DNA from: Abditibacteriaceae bacterium
Lineage (GTDB): Bacteria; Armatimonadota; Abditibacteriia; Abditibacteriales; Abditibacteriaceae
Length of the DNA stretch: 27,373 nucleotides
Direction: 5' to 3'
Assembly: GCA_031425655.1 (NCBI GenBank)
Contig: JANPJS010000168.1
Span: forward strand, 1 to 27,373
Shown: one piece after another, positions 16,811 through 25,124 of the stretch
How the letters are laid out: each line of letters starts with the position of its first letter
How positions within the stretch are numbered: the stretch's first letter is position 1
Translations under genes and position numbers: made by a program
Notes under the pieces: generated by a model
The model's database searches: none
Seen by the model: only the letters and a program-made list of their open reading frames with translations
What the model was told of the DNA's origin: nothing

Positions 16811-19720
16811 ATGTCCAAAATGAAACCAATTTTTCTGCTTTCGTGCCTGCTGGGAGCCTCGACTATGAACCAAAGCCACGCCGACGGACTTTCGCTCAAC
16901 GCCAAAGCGCCGATTTACGAAGCCGGGCCGGATAAAAGCCTTGATTTGACCGACGAAGTGACCGTTGAAGCGTGGGTGCAGGCCGACAAAATGGATCAGG
17001 GCGGCGGGCGCATTCTCGATAAATCGCTGCCCGGCACCAGCGAAGGCTTCATGCTCGACACTTATCCGGGCAATTCGCTGCGTTTTCTCAATCTCAACGG
17101 GCAAGTTCGCTACGATGCAAAGCTGCCGTCGGACAAATGGACGCACGTTGCCGGCGTGTATTCGGCGACGCGGAAAATCATGAAACTCTATATGAACGGA
17201 ACCGAAGTCGCCGCCGCGCAGGGCGAATTTCCCAAAATGAGCGCCCCGAAAATTCCGCTGCGCGTCGGCGCCGATGCCGAAGGCAGCAATCGCTTTTCGG
17301 GGCGCATCAAAGGCGCCGCGATTTACAATCGCGCGCTGAGTGCCGATGAAATAGCGCAGCGCGCCGCTAACTCCGACGCGGCGGCACCGGCGGGCGCTAT
17401 CGCCGATTGGAAATTCGCGGCAAATTCGCCCGCGAAAATCGCACCGATTGCCGGAACATTGCCGCTCAAAACGGGCGAGGCCGACGCGACGTTTACGTCT
17501 TCCGACACGCCGCCGATTGAGCCTCTGAGCCTGTGGTATAAGCAACCCGCGAAGCAATGGGTCGAAGCTTTGCCGCTGGGCAACGGACGGCTGGGCGCGA
17601 TGCTGTTCGGCGGCTTGCAAAACGAGCGTTTGCAGTTCAACGAAGACTCATTATGGACGGGCGCGCCGCATGAATATCAGCACGAAGGCGCCGCGAAATT
17701 TCTGCCGCAAATCCGTCAGTTATTGTGGGACGGCAAGCAGCGCGAAGCCGAAAATCTGGCCGGACGCGAATTCATGTCCATTCCGCTGGGCCAGAAAAAA
17801 TACCAGCCGTTCGGCGATTTGCGCCTGCACTTTCCCGGCCTCGAAACCGTGACCGATTACCGCCGCGAACTCAATCTCGATACCGCAACGGCCAGCGTCA
17901 GCTACAAAGCCGGCGGCGTGACGTTCACGCGCGAGGCGTTCGTCAGCTTTCCGGCGCAGGCAATTGTGGTTCATCTTTCCGCCGACAAACCGGGCGCGCT
18001 CAACTTTTCGGCGCGCATAGACAGCCCACACAAATCGGCCAAAGCCAGCGCCGACGGCAAAGACCTAATTCTCTCCGGCTCAGCCGAAGACGGCGGCATG
18101 AAATTCCAAGCGCGACTGCGCGCCGTCGCGCAAGGCGGCACAATCGGCGTCGCGGACAACGAAATCCAAATCGCGGGCGCTAATTCCGTGACGCTGCTGC
18201 TGACGGGCGCGACGAGTTTCAAAAACTATCTCGACATGAGCGCCGACCCCGCCGCGCGCTCTGAGCGGGACATGAAAAGCGCCGCCAAAAAGTCGGGCGC
18301 CGAGCTGTGGAAAGAACACGTCGCCGATCATCAAAACCTGTTTCGCCGCGTGAAATTCGACGTTGGTTCAAACGATTCGATTAAGCTGACGACCGATGCG
18401 CGCTTGAAAGCCGTCGCCAAAACGCCCGACCCGCAATTATCGGCGCTTTATTTCCAATTTGGGCGCTATTTGCTCATCGGAAGCTCGCGGCCCGGCGACC
18501 AAGCCGCGAACCTGCAAGGCGTGTGGAACGACCAGATGAACCCGCCATGGGACAGCAAATACACCTGCAACATCAACACGGAGATGAACTATTGGCCCGC
18601 CGAAGTGACCAATCTTTCCGAATGTCACGAGCCGCTTTTCGACGCCATTGATGAGCTTGTCGTCAGCGGCAAAAAGACGGCGCAGGCGCATTACGCGGCG
18701 CGCGGCTGGGTTTTGCATCACAACTTCGACATCTGGCGCGGCACGGCGCCGATTAACGCCGCAGATCACGGCATTTGGGTCACGGGCGGCGCGTGGCTGT
18801 GCCAGCATTTATGGGAGCGCTACCAGTTTTCCGGCGATAAAAAATTCCTTGAACAGCGTGCTTATCCGGCCATGAAAGAAGCCGCGCTATTCTTCGTGGA
18901 TTTCTTAGTCAAAGACCCGAAAACCGGCTTTTTAGTCAGCGGCCCATCGAATTCGCCCGAACAAGGCGGCTTAGTCATGGGGCCGACGATGGATCACCAA
19001 ATCATCCGCGACTTGTTCGCCAACACCATCGAAGCGGCGGGTATTTTAGGTGTGGACAAAGAATTCTCCGCGCAACTCGCCCAAAAACGCAAACAGATCG
19101 CGCCGAACCAAATCGGCAAACACGGCCAATTGCAAGAGTGGCTGGAAGACAAAGACGACCCGAAAAACGAGCATCGCCACGTTTCGCATTTGTGGGGCGT
19201 TTATCCCGGCAAGGACATCACGCCGATCACGCCGGAGCTTTTCAAAGCCGCGCGGCAATCGTTAATCTATCGCGGCGACGGCGGCACCGGCTGGAGCAAA
19301 GCGTGGAAAATCAACTTCTGGGCGCGCTTTTTAGACGGCGACCATTCGCACAAAATGCTCATCGAAGCCTTAGCCGGCAACACTTATCCGAACCTTTTCG
19401 ACGCGCACCCTCCCTTCCAAATTGACGGCAACTTCGGCGGCACATCGGGCATCGCCGAAATGCTCATTCAATCTCATATGGGCACCATTGATTTGTTGCC
19501 CGCTTTGCCCTCGGCGTGGCCGAACGGCTCGATTACGGGCCTGCGCGCACGCGGCGGCTTCGAGGTTGATTTGACTTGGGCGGGCGGCAAACTGACCAGC
19601 GCTACAATTCGCAGCACCGGCGGCACGACCGCCAAAGTGCGCTCTGGCGGCAAAGTTCTTGATGTGAAATTGAAGCTGGGCAAAGCGATGACGCTTGACG
19701 GCGCGTTGCAAGCACAATAA
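16811..19720 (+). CDS. GH95 alpha-L-fucosidase with an N-terminal LamG/ConA-like domain
   Basis: Signal peptide; LamG (TVEAWV...WTHVAGVY...LYMNG); GH95 motifs [70 protein letters not shown]. Start 16811 or 16820. Confidence 0.95.
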   Translation: MSKMKPIFLLSCLLGASTMNQSHADGLSLNAKAPIYEAGPDKSLDLTDEVTVEAWVQADKMDQGGGRILDKSLPGTSEGFMLDTYPGNSLRFLNLNGQVRYDAKLPSDKWTHVAGVYSATRKIMKLYMNGTEVAAAQGEFPKMSAPKIPLRVGADAEGSNRFSGRIKGAAIYNRALSADEIAQRAANSDAAAPAGAIADWKFAANSPAKIAPIAGTLPLKTGEADATFTSSDTPPIEPLSLWYKQPAKQWVEALPLGNGRLGAMLFGGLQNERLQFNEDSLWTGAPHEYQHEGAAKFLPQIRQLLWDGKQREAENLAGREFMSIPLGQKKYQPFGDLRLHFPGLETVTDYRRELNLDTATASVSYKAGGVTFTREAFVSFPAQAIVVHLSADKPGALNFSARIDSPHKSAKASADGKDLILSGSAEDGGMKFQARLRAVAQGGTIGVADNEIQIAGANSVTLLLTGATSFKNYLDMSADPAARSERDMKSAAKKSGAELWKEHVADHQNLFRRVKFDVGSNDSIKLTTDARLKAVAKTPDPQLSALYFQFGRYLLIGSSRPGDQAANLQGVWNDQMNPPWDSKYTCNINTEMNYWPAEVTNLSECHEPLFDAIDELVVSGKKTAQAHYAARGWVLHHNFDIWRGTAPINAADHGIWVTGGAWLCQHLWERYQFSGDKKFLEQRAYPAMKEAALFFVDFLVKDPKTGFLVSGPSNSPEQGGLVMGPTMDHQIIRDLFANTIEAAGILGVDKEFSAQLAQKRKQIAPNQIGKHGQLQEWLEDKDDPKNEHRHVSHLWGVYPGKDITPITPELFKAARQSLIYRGDGGTGWSKAWKINFWARFLDGDHSHKMLIEALAGNTYPNLFDAHPPFQIDGNFGGTSGIAEMLIQSHMGTIDLLPALPSAWPNGSITGLRARGGFEVDLTWAGGKLTSATIRSTGGTTAKVRSGGKVLDVKLKLGKAMTLDGALQAQ

Positions 19721-19739
19721 CGCACAAAAGAGAAAACGA

Positions 19740-21224
19740 ATGGATAAACCAGACTTTGACGTTTCGCTTGATGATTTCCCTGCTCTTTTTGTCATTCCAG
19801 CGGTGACTATGGGCTGGGACGGCGTATGGGAAGGCGTAGAAACTCCGCTTTACAAAGAGTTCCAAGAAGAATGCAGACGACAATGGTATGCGAGCGGTCA
19901 ATGTGATGACTCAAACCCAGAATGGCTGGCACTCAACGGGTTGCGCGATGCTTACGCTGGAGTAGATGACGAAAAATCGATGATGTTAGCGAATGCTATG
20001 CTTGCGCGTTCATTCATGGATGAATACGTTCTTCAAATACTCGGTGATTGGAATCTCAGCAAAGATATGGAAGCAGGTGCAAAATCTTTGCTTGCTCATG
20101 CCGAACGGTATCCATCTCTGTTTTATGTGCGCTGTGCCTGTTTGCTTTCTGCCGCTGATATTTTCATTCGACATGACCTGATCTCAGAGGCCAAGCGACT
20201 TTATCTGGCCGTTTTGGATTCAACGGAAGGGCAGATGATTACGACTCACGATATGTGGCCCTATATAATCGCCGCAGATGAGCATTACTTCCGAATTCGG
20301 GATGGCGAGCAGGAGGCAAGTCCGAATGGCATCGGATTCAATCCCATCTCGCGGACACAGGAAAGATGGCTGCGTATGAAATTTGAGCGGCAGAATTTAG
20401 GCACTCAGAGTGAGTTTGTGGTTGCCACGGCACACAACGCCATGCGCTTCAAAGGAGCGCCGGGACATGAGGACGAAATCGGCGGCACTCGCTTTGGCGG
20501 CTTGCCGGATGTGCCGCCGGGATGGGTTTGGCCAGAGCCAGAAAATGGCATAGAGTTTTTGGCGCAGTTGAATTTTGAAGAACTTGCGCCTTTCGACCAT
20601 AACGGCGTATTGCCCCGACATGGTTTATTGAGCATTTTCATCAGAAACCTTTGCTACGGCTGGAAGGATGATGGCTCCGATTACCTTGTTAGCTTTTACG
20701 ATGGCGATATGACTCTCCTACAACGCGCCGAAGCACCGGAAGACTTCGCCATCTTCGGACAGAAGGAAAGCAGTAACAGCGACTTAATGGTTTATCGTGC
20801 AGCGTCCGTCGAGCCTTACAATATCATTTCCATTGTGGATAGTTTTACGCTTTATCTACGCGGGCTAATGGATGGACATCTCGCTGATCAAGTCCATGGC
20901 TTTAGTATCAATAGGAACTTGCCACCAGGCATCGATTATTACTGGGACTACCACTGTTCCGATCAATTATTAGGTTTCTATGGAGATGGCGCACTTGAGG
21001 CTTGGGGCAAGCAAACGGGCAAAAACTATTATTCATTGGAGCCTCACGAAAAAGAAGCAGCGAACTATGAAATTGACAAATGGATTCTGCTTTTACAAAT
21101 TGACTCTCACGATGAACTTGGCATGATGTTTAGCGATGCCGGAATTTACTTTTTGATGATTCATCAAGACGATCTCGCTGCGCGTCGCTTCGACCGGGTT
21201 TATATCACGATGATTAACGGTTAG
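19740..21224 (+). CDS. Hypothetical protein with a C-terminal DUF1963/YwqG-like domain
   Basis: TRFGGLPDVPPGWVWP, FLAQLNFEEL, LPRHGLLSIF, WILLLQIDS...MMFSDAG..FLMIHQDDLAARRFDRV; N-terminal half unrecognised; start ATG 19740. Confidence 0.8.
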   Translation: MDKPDFDVSLDDFPALFVIPAVTMGWDGVWEGVETPLYKEFQEECRRQWYASGQCDDSNPEWLALNGLRDAYAGVDDEKSMMLANAMLARSFMDEYVLQILGDWNLSKDMEAGAKSLLAHAERYPSLFYVRCACLLSAADIFIRHDLISEAKRLYLAVLDSTEGQMITTHDMWPYIIAADEHYFRIRDGEQEASPNGIGFNPISRTQERWLRMKFERQNLGTQSEFVVATAHNAMRFKGAPGHEDEIGGTRFGGLPDVPPGWVWPEPENGIEFLAQLNFEELAPFDHNGVLPRHGLLSIFIRNLCYGWKDDGSDYLVSFYDGDMTLLQRAEAPEDFAIFGQKESSNSDLMVYRAASVEPYNIISIVDSFTLYLRGLMDGHLADQVHGFSINRNLPPGIDYYWDYHCSDQLLGFYGDGALEAWGKQTGKNYYSLEPHEKEAANYEIDKWILLLQIDSHDELGMMFSDAGIYFLMIHQDDLAARRFDRVYITMING

Positions 21225-21251
21225 GCTCTCTTCCAACCGTCCTCAACGTAT

Positions 21252-21288
21252 AAAGCGCCGCCCGAATCGGATTCAGGCGACGCTTTTT
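21252..21288. terminator. Probable bidirectional terminator between convergent genes
   Basis: AAAGCGCCGCCCGAATC / GATTCAGGCGACGCTTTTT; the two mismatches become G-U pairs on the minus strand. Confidence 0.7.
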
Positions 21289-21311
21289 ATTATCGCTTCG
21301 CAAGCGCAACC

Positions 21312-22877
21312 TCACGCTTCCAACATTTCCATCTCGACTTCTTCGGTGCCCAGCAATACGCGCGCGACATCGTCGGCGGTGGTCAGACCGCGTTTGACTT
21401 TCTCGATTGCATCTTGCCACAGCGTTTTCATGCCGCTTTTGACAGCCATGCGATGCAAAGTCGTGGCGTCGGTGCGCTCCATAATGGCCTGGCGCATGGC
21501 GCGGTCTACGTTGAGCAGTTCGATGACGGCAAGGCGGCCTCGATAGCCGGTTTGGTTGCACTCGTCGCAGCCCGCGCCGTGAAAAAGCGGTGTGCCGGGC
21601 GCCAATTTCAAGCGCGTGATGTTCATTTCGTAGCTCGGATCGTCTTTGGGCACTTCGCGGCGGCAGTTGCGACAAATCAGGCGCACCAAACGCTGCGCCA
21701 AAACACCCGACAGGCTGGACGAAATCAGAAACGGCTGCACGCCCATGTCTTGAAAGCGCGTCACAGCCGCGACTGCCGAGTTGGTGTGCAAAGTCGAAAG
21801 CACAAGGTGGCCGGTGAGCGCGGCGCGAATCGCCATTTCCGTGGTTTCCACGTCGCGGATTTCGCCGACTAAAATCACGTCCGGGTCTTGCCGCAAAATC
21901 GCGCGCAACTGCGTGGCGAAGCTGAGGCCAATATCGGTGTTGATGCTGGTCTGCGTGATGCCCTGCATCTCATATTCGACCGGGTCTTCGACGGTCACGA
22001 TATTCTTCGTGTCGTCGCGCGTGGCGGCTAAAGCGGCGTAGAGCGTGGTGGTTTTGCCACTGCCCGTCGGCCCCGTCACGAGAATCATTCCGTAAGAGCG
22101 GCCCAGCATTTCTTGAAACAGGTTGCGCGTCTCGTCCGAAAAGCCCAATCGCGTTAAATCGGTGACAAGCGAGGTGCGGTCGAGCAGGCGCATCACGATT
22201 TTTTCGCCGTAAACGCTGGGCAGCGTCGAAACGCGAAAATCGAACTGCCGCCCGTCAATGATGGCGCGAAAACGCCCGTCCTGCGGCAGGCGCTGCTCGG
22301 TAATATCAAGGTTCGCCAGCACTTTGTAACGCGAGAGAATCGGCGCTTGAAGCGACTTATCCAATTCGTCCATCGGGCGCAGTTCGCCATCAATGCGAAA
22401 GCGCGGCAGCAAGCCGTTTTCGCGCGGTTCGAGATGCATATCGGAAGCGCGGCTTTTCACGGCGTAACGCAGCATTTCGTTGCAATAGGCCACGATTGGC
22501 CCCATCGCCGCGTCTTCGTCGCGGCGCGACTCGCCGATGATCGTCACGCCGGCTTCGCCCGAATCGCTCGTATCTTGCACCAATCCGACTTCGGGCGCAC
22601 CTGTTTTCTGCGGCGCGCTCGCTGCCTGCGCCGGTTGCGCCGGTTTCAAGTTGGAGGGCGTGCCATTGGCAGGACTGGCAGACGGCGCGGCGCCTTCGAA
22701 AGCGTGTGCGTCAATGTGAATCACGTCCATTGCCGTGATCCACCCTTTTTCAACGACAATTTGCGCGAAACTACGCCCCGCGCCGCGTTGCTGCGCCGCC
22801 GTCTGCACCTGCTGCGTCGAAAGCAGCCCCGCCGCGACCAAACTGCGCGCTAATTCCTGCTCACTCATTTTCGCCAT
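21312..22877 (-). CDS. GspE/PulE/PilB-family secretion/pilus assembly ATPase
   Basis: ASDMHLEP, RLPQDGRF, GPTGSGKTTTLY, TVEDPVEY, LRQDPDVILVGEIRD, TGHLVLSTLHTN, CRNC...GCDEC zinc motif. Confidence 0.95.
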   Translation of the reverse strand: MAKMSEQELARSLVAAGLLSTQQVQTAAQQRGAGRSFAQIVVEKGWITAMDVIHIDAHAFEGAAPSASPANGTPSNLKPAQPAQAASAPQKTGAPEVGLVQDTSDSGEAGVTIIGESRRDEDAAMGPIVAYCNEMLRYAVKSRASDMHLEPRENGLLPRFRIDGELRPMDELDKSLQAPILSRYKVLANLDITEQRLPQDGRFRAIIDGRQFDFRVSTLPSVYGEKIVMRLLDRTSLVTDLTRLGFSDETRNLFQEMLGRSYGMILVTGPTGSGKTTTLYAALAATRDDTKNIVTVEDPVEYEMQGITQTSINTDIGLSFATQLRAILRQDPDVILVGEIRDVETTEMAIRAALTGHLVLSTLHTNSAVAAVTRFQDMGVQPFLISSSLSGVLAQRLVRLICRNCRREVPKDDPSYEMNITRLKLAPGTPLFHGAGCDECNQTGYRGRLAVIELLNVDRAMRQAIMERTDATTLHRMAVKSGMKTLWQDAIEKVKRGLTTADDVARVLLGTEEVEMEMLEA

Positions 22878-22899
22878 AATAATCCGCACCTAAAAATAC

Positions 22900-22934
22900 A
22901 AAACGGTGGGCCGAAATTTTCGGCCCACCGTTTT
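22900..22934. terminator. Perfect hairpin, probable terminator after pdxS
   Basis: AAAACGGTGGGCCGAAA-T-TTTCGGCCCACCGTTTT. Confidence 0.75.
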
Positions 22935-22963
22935 CGACCACGCGCGCGGCGCGTCGTTTTAAT

Positions 22964-23881
22964 TTACCAGCCGCGTCCGGCCATGCGTTCACTGTCAGGC
23001 ATGGTGCGAATGTCCAAGCCGGACATCGCTTCACCCAAATCCATCGAAATCTCCACGAGCTTCGCCGGATTATCAAAATTCGTCACGGCATCCACGACGG
23101 CGCGTGCGCGCTGCGCCGGGTCGTCGCTTTTGAAAATGCCGCTACCCACGAACACCGCTTCGGCGCCCAATTGCATCATCAGCGCGGCGTCGGCGGGCGT
23201 CGCTACGCCTCCGGCACTGAAATTTGGCACGGGAAGCTTGCCCGTTTGGGCCACTTCGCACACCAAATCGTAAGGCGCGCCTAAGTTTTTGGCTTCGGTC
23301 ATCAGCTCGGCTTTGTCCATCGTTTGCAAGCGCCGAATATGGCCGTGAACCGAACGTAAATGGCGCACGGCTTCGACGATGTTGCCGGTTCCAGCTTCGC
23401 CTTTAGTGCGAATCATGGCCGCGCCTTCACCAATGCGCCGCAGGGCTTCGCCCAAATCGCGGCAGCCGCACACGAACGGAATACGAAAAAGCTGCTTGTC
23501 AATGTGATAGGCTTCGTCGGCGGGCGTCAGGACTTCGCTTTCGTCAATAAAATCCACTTTCAATTCCTGCAAAATCTGCGCTTCGACAAAATGCCCGATA
23601 CGGCATTTCGCCATCACAGGAATCGTGACCGCTTTCTGGATTTCGGTAATCAAGCGCAGGCTCGTCATGCGCGCCACGCCACCTTCTTTGCGAATATCGG
23701 AGGGCACGCGCTCCAACGCCATGACCGCGCAGGCGCCGGCTTCTTCGGCGATAATCGCTTGTTCGGGCGTCACCACGTCCATGATGACGCCGCCTTTCAG
23801 CATTTCCGCAAGGCCCACTTTAGTGCGAAAGGTGGACTTGCTTTCGTTCGATTTTCCGTTTAATTCAGACATGATTTCCAT
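22964..23881 (-). CDS. pdxS: Pyridoxal 5'-phosphate synthase lyase subunit
   Basis: [65 protein letters not shown]; start 23881 (GAGAGG upstream) or 23872. Confidence 0.97.
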   Translation of the reverse strand: MEIMSELNGKSNESKSTFRTKVGLAEMLKGGVIMDVVTPEQAIIAEEAGACAVMALERVPSDIRKEGGVARMTSLRLITEIQKAVTIPVMAKCRIGHFVEAQILQELKVDFIDESEVLTPADEAYHIDKQLFRIPFVCGCRDLGEALRRIGEGAAMIRTKGEAGTGNIVEAVRHLRSVHGHIRRLQTMDKAELMTEAKNLGAPYDLVCEVAQTGKLPVPNFSAGGVATPADAALMMQLGAEAVFVGSGIFKSDDPAQRARAVVDAVTNFDNPAKLVEISMDLGEAMSGLDIRTMPDSERMAGRGW

Positions 23882-23887
23882 TTTAAC

Positions 23888-24003
23888 CTCTCGCAAAGAC
23901 GCAAAGGCGCAAAGAAGATTTTAAGAGAGTTGCAACAACACTCTAACTGAAATGCTACCTCTTCTCTTCTTTGCGCCTTTGCGCCTTTGCGTCTTTGCGA
24001 GAG
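23888..24003. repeat. Intergenic inverted repeat with 8-bp CGCAAAGR tandem arms
   Basis: CTCTCGCAAAGACGCAAAGGCGCAAAGAAGA (3 units) mirrors TCTTCTTTGCGCCTTTGCGCCTTTGCGTCTTTGCGAGAG (4 units). Confidence 0.92.
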
Positions 24004-24005
24004 AT

Positions 24006-24605
24006 TTAAACCTCGCGCCGTCCGCGCACGGCGCCGGCGATGGTAATTTGGTCGGCGTAATCGAGTTCGCCGCCGAAAGGCAGGCCGCGCGCCAGTTGCG
24101 TGACGCACACGTTGCGCGGCTTGAGCAAATTCGCCAGATAATTGCCGGTCGTTTCGCCTTCGACTGTTGCCGGGACAGCTAAAATGACTTCGCGCACGCC
24201 TTCATCGGTGATGCGACGCATCAAGGTGTTAATCGAAAGCTGCTCCGGCCCGATGCCTTCAATCGGGCTGATGACGCCGCCTAAAACGTGATAGCGCCCG
24301 CGAAATTCGCCGGAATTTTCAATTGCCATTAAATCGCGCGGCTCGGCGACGATGCAAAACAAATGCTCGTCGCGGCGCGGATCGGTGCAAATGTCGCAGA
24401 TTTCCAAGTCGGTGTAATTACCGCAGCGCGAACAAGGCTTAATTTGCTCGCGCACGGCGCGCACCGCTTGGGCCAGCAGTTCGCTGTCTTCGCGCGGGGC
24501 ACGCAAAATGTGAAAAGCAAGGCGCTGTGCCGATTTCGGCCCGATTCCGGGCAGTTTTTCGAGTTGTTCCAACAACTGCGCCAATGGGCGCGCGTAATAC
24601 AGCAT
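24006..24605 (-). CDS. recR: Recombination mediator RecR
   Basis: LPGIGPKSAQRLAFH, CSRC...CDIC zinc finger, YHVLGG.ISP, TOPRIM region, GGELDYAD. Confidence 0.98.
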   Translation of the reverse strand: MLYYARPLAQLLEQLEKLPGIGPKSAQRLAFHILRAPREDSELLAQAVRAVREQIKPCSRCGNYTDLEICDICTDPRRDEHLFCIVAEPRDLMAIENSGEFRGRYHVLGGVISPIEGIGPEQLSINTLMRRITDEGVREVILAVPATVEGETTGNYLANLLKPRNVCVTQLARGLPFGGELDYADQITIAGAVRGRREV

Positions 24606-24680
24606 AGTTTTGAGTTTTAAGTTTTGAGTTTTGAGTTGGGCAAGTTAATTCAAAACTCACAACTCAAAATTCAAAATTCT
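24606..24680. repeat. Inverted heptamer arrays (GAGTTTT / AAAACTC)
   Basis: AGTTTTGAGTTTTAAGTTTTGAGTTTTGAGTT ... AATTCAAAACTCACAACTCAAAATTCAAAATTCT fills the whole ybaB-recR spacer. Confidence 0.9.
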
Positions 24681-25010
24681 TTAAAAAAGTCCCGGCATTT
24701 TTCCGGCGAGAGGGCCGGCGATGTCGCCCATGCGCTGCGATTGATTTTCCTGCGCGCGGCGAATCGCGTCGCGCACAGCGGTCACGATCAGGTCTTCGAG
24801 CATTTCGACATCGTTAGGGTCAACGGCTTCGGGCGCGATTTTGATTTCCAGCACGTCGCCGGCGCCCGACGTGGTGACTTTCACCATGCCGCCGCCCGCC
24901 GAAGTTTCGAGGCGTTGCTGCGCCAGTTCGTCTTGCAGACGCGCCATGTCGTTCTGCATTTTCTCGACTTGCTTTTGCAAGTTGCCCAGTCCGGGAATGT
25001 TAGGAAGCAT
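24681..25010 (-). CDS. ybaB: YbaB/EbfC nucleoid-associated protein
   Basis: SAGGGMVKVT..G, VDPNDVEMLEDLIVTA; lies between dnaX and recR; AAAGGA upstream of ATG 25010. Confidence 0.95.
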   Translation of the reverse strand: MLPNIPGLGNLQKQVEKMQNDMARLQDELAQQRLETSAGGGMVKVTTSGAGDVLEIKIAPEAVDPNDVEMLEDLIVTAVRDAIRRAQENQSQRMGDIAGPLAGKMPGLF

Positions 25011-25019
25011 TGTTGTCCT

Positions 25020-25113
25020 TTGGGTGTTGGGTAGTAGGTTTTGGGTGTTAGGTTTCGGGGCTGGCGATGGCGTTTCCAAAACCCAGCACCCAAAACCCAT
25101 CACCTAAAACCCA
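25020..25113. repeat. Inverted heptamer arrays (TGGGTGT/TAGGTTT versus ACCCAAA/ACCTAAA)
   Basis: About five degenerate 7-mers on each side of a short spacer, between dnaX and ybaB. Confidence 0.85.
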
Positions 25114-25124
25114 GAAAGAAAAGT

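Noticed and set aside
16748..17620. 290-aa minus-strand ORF
   Set aside because: Antisense shadow of the LamG-GH95 gene
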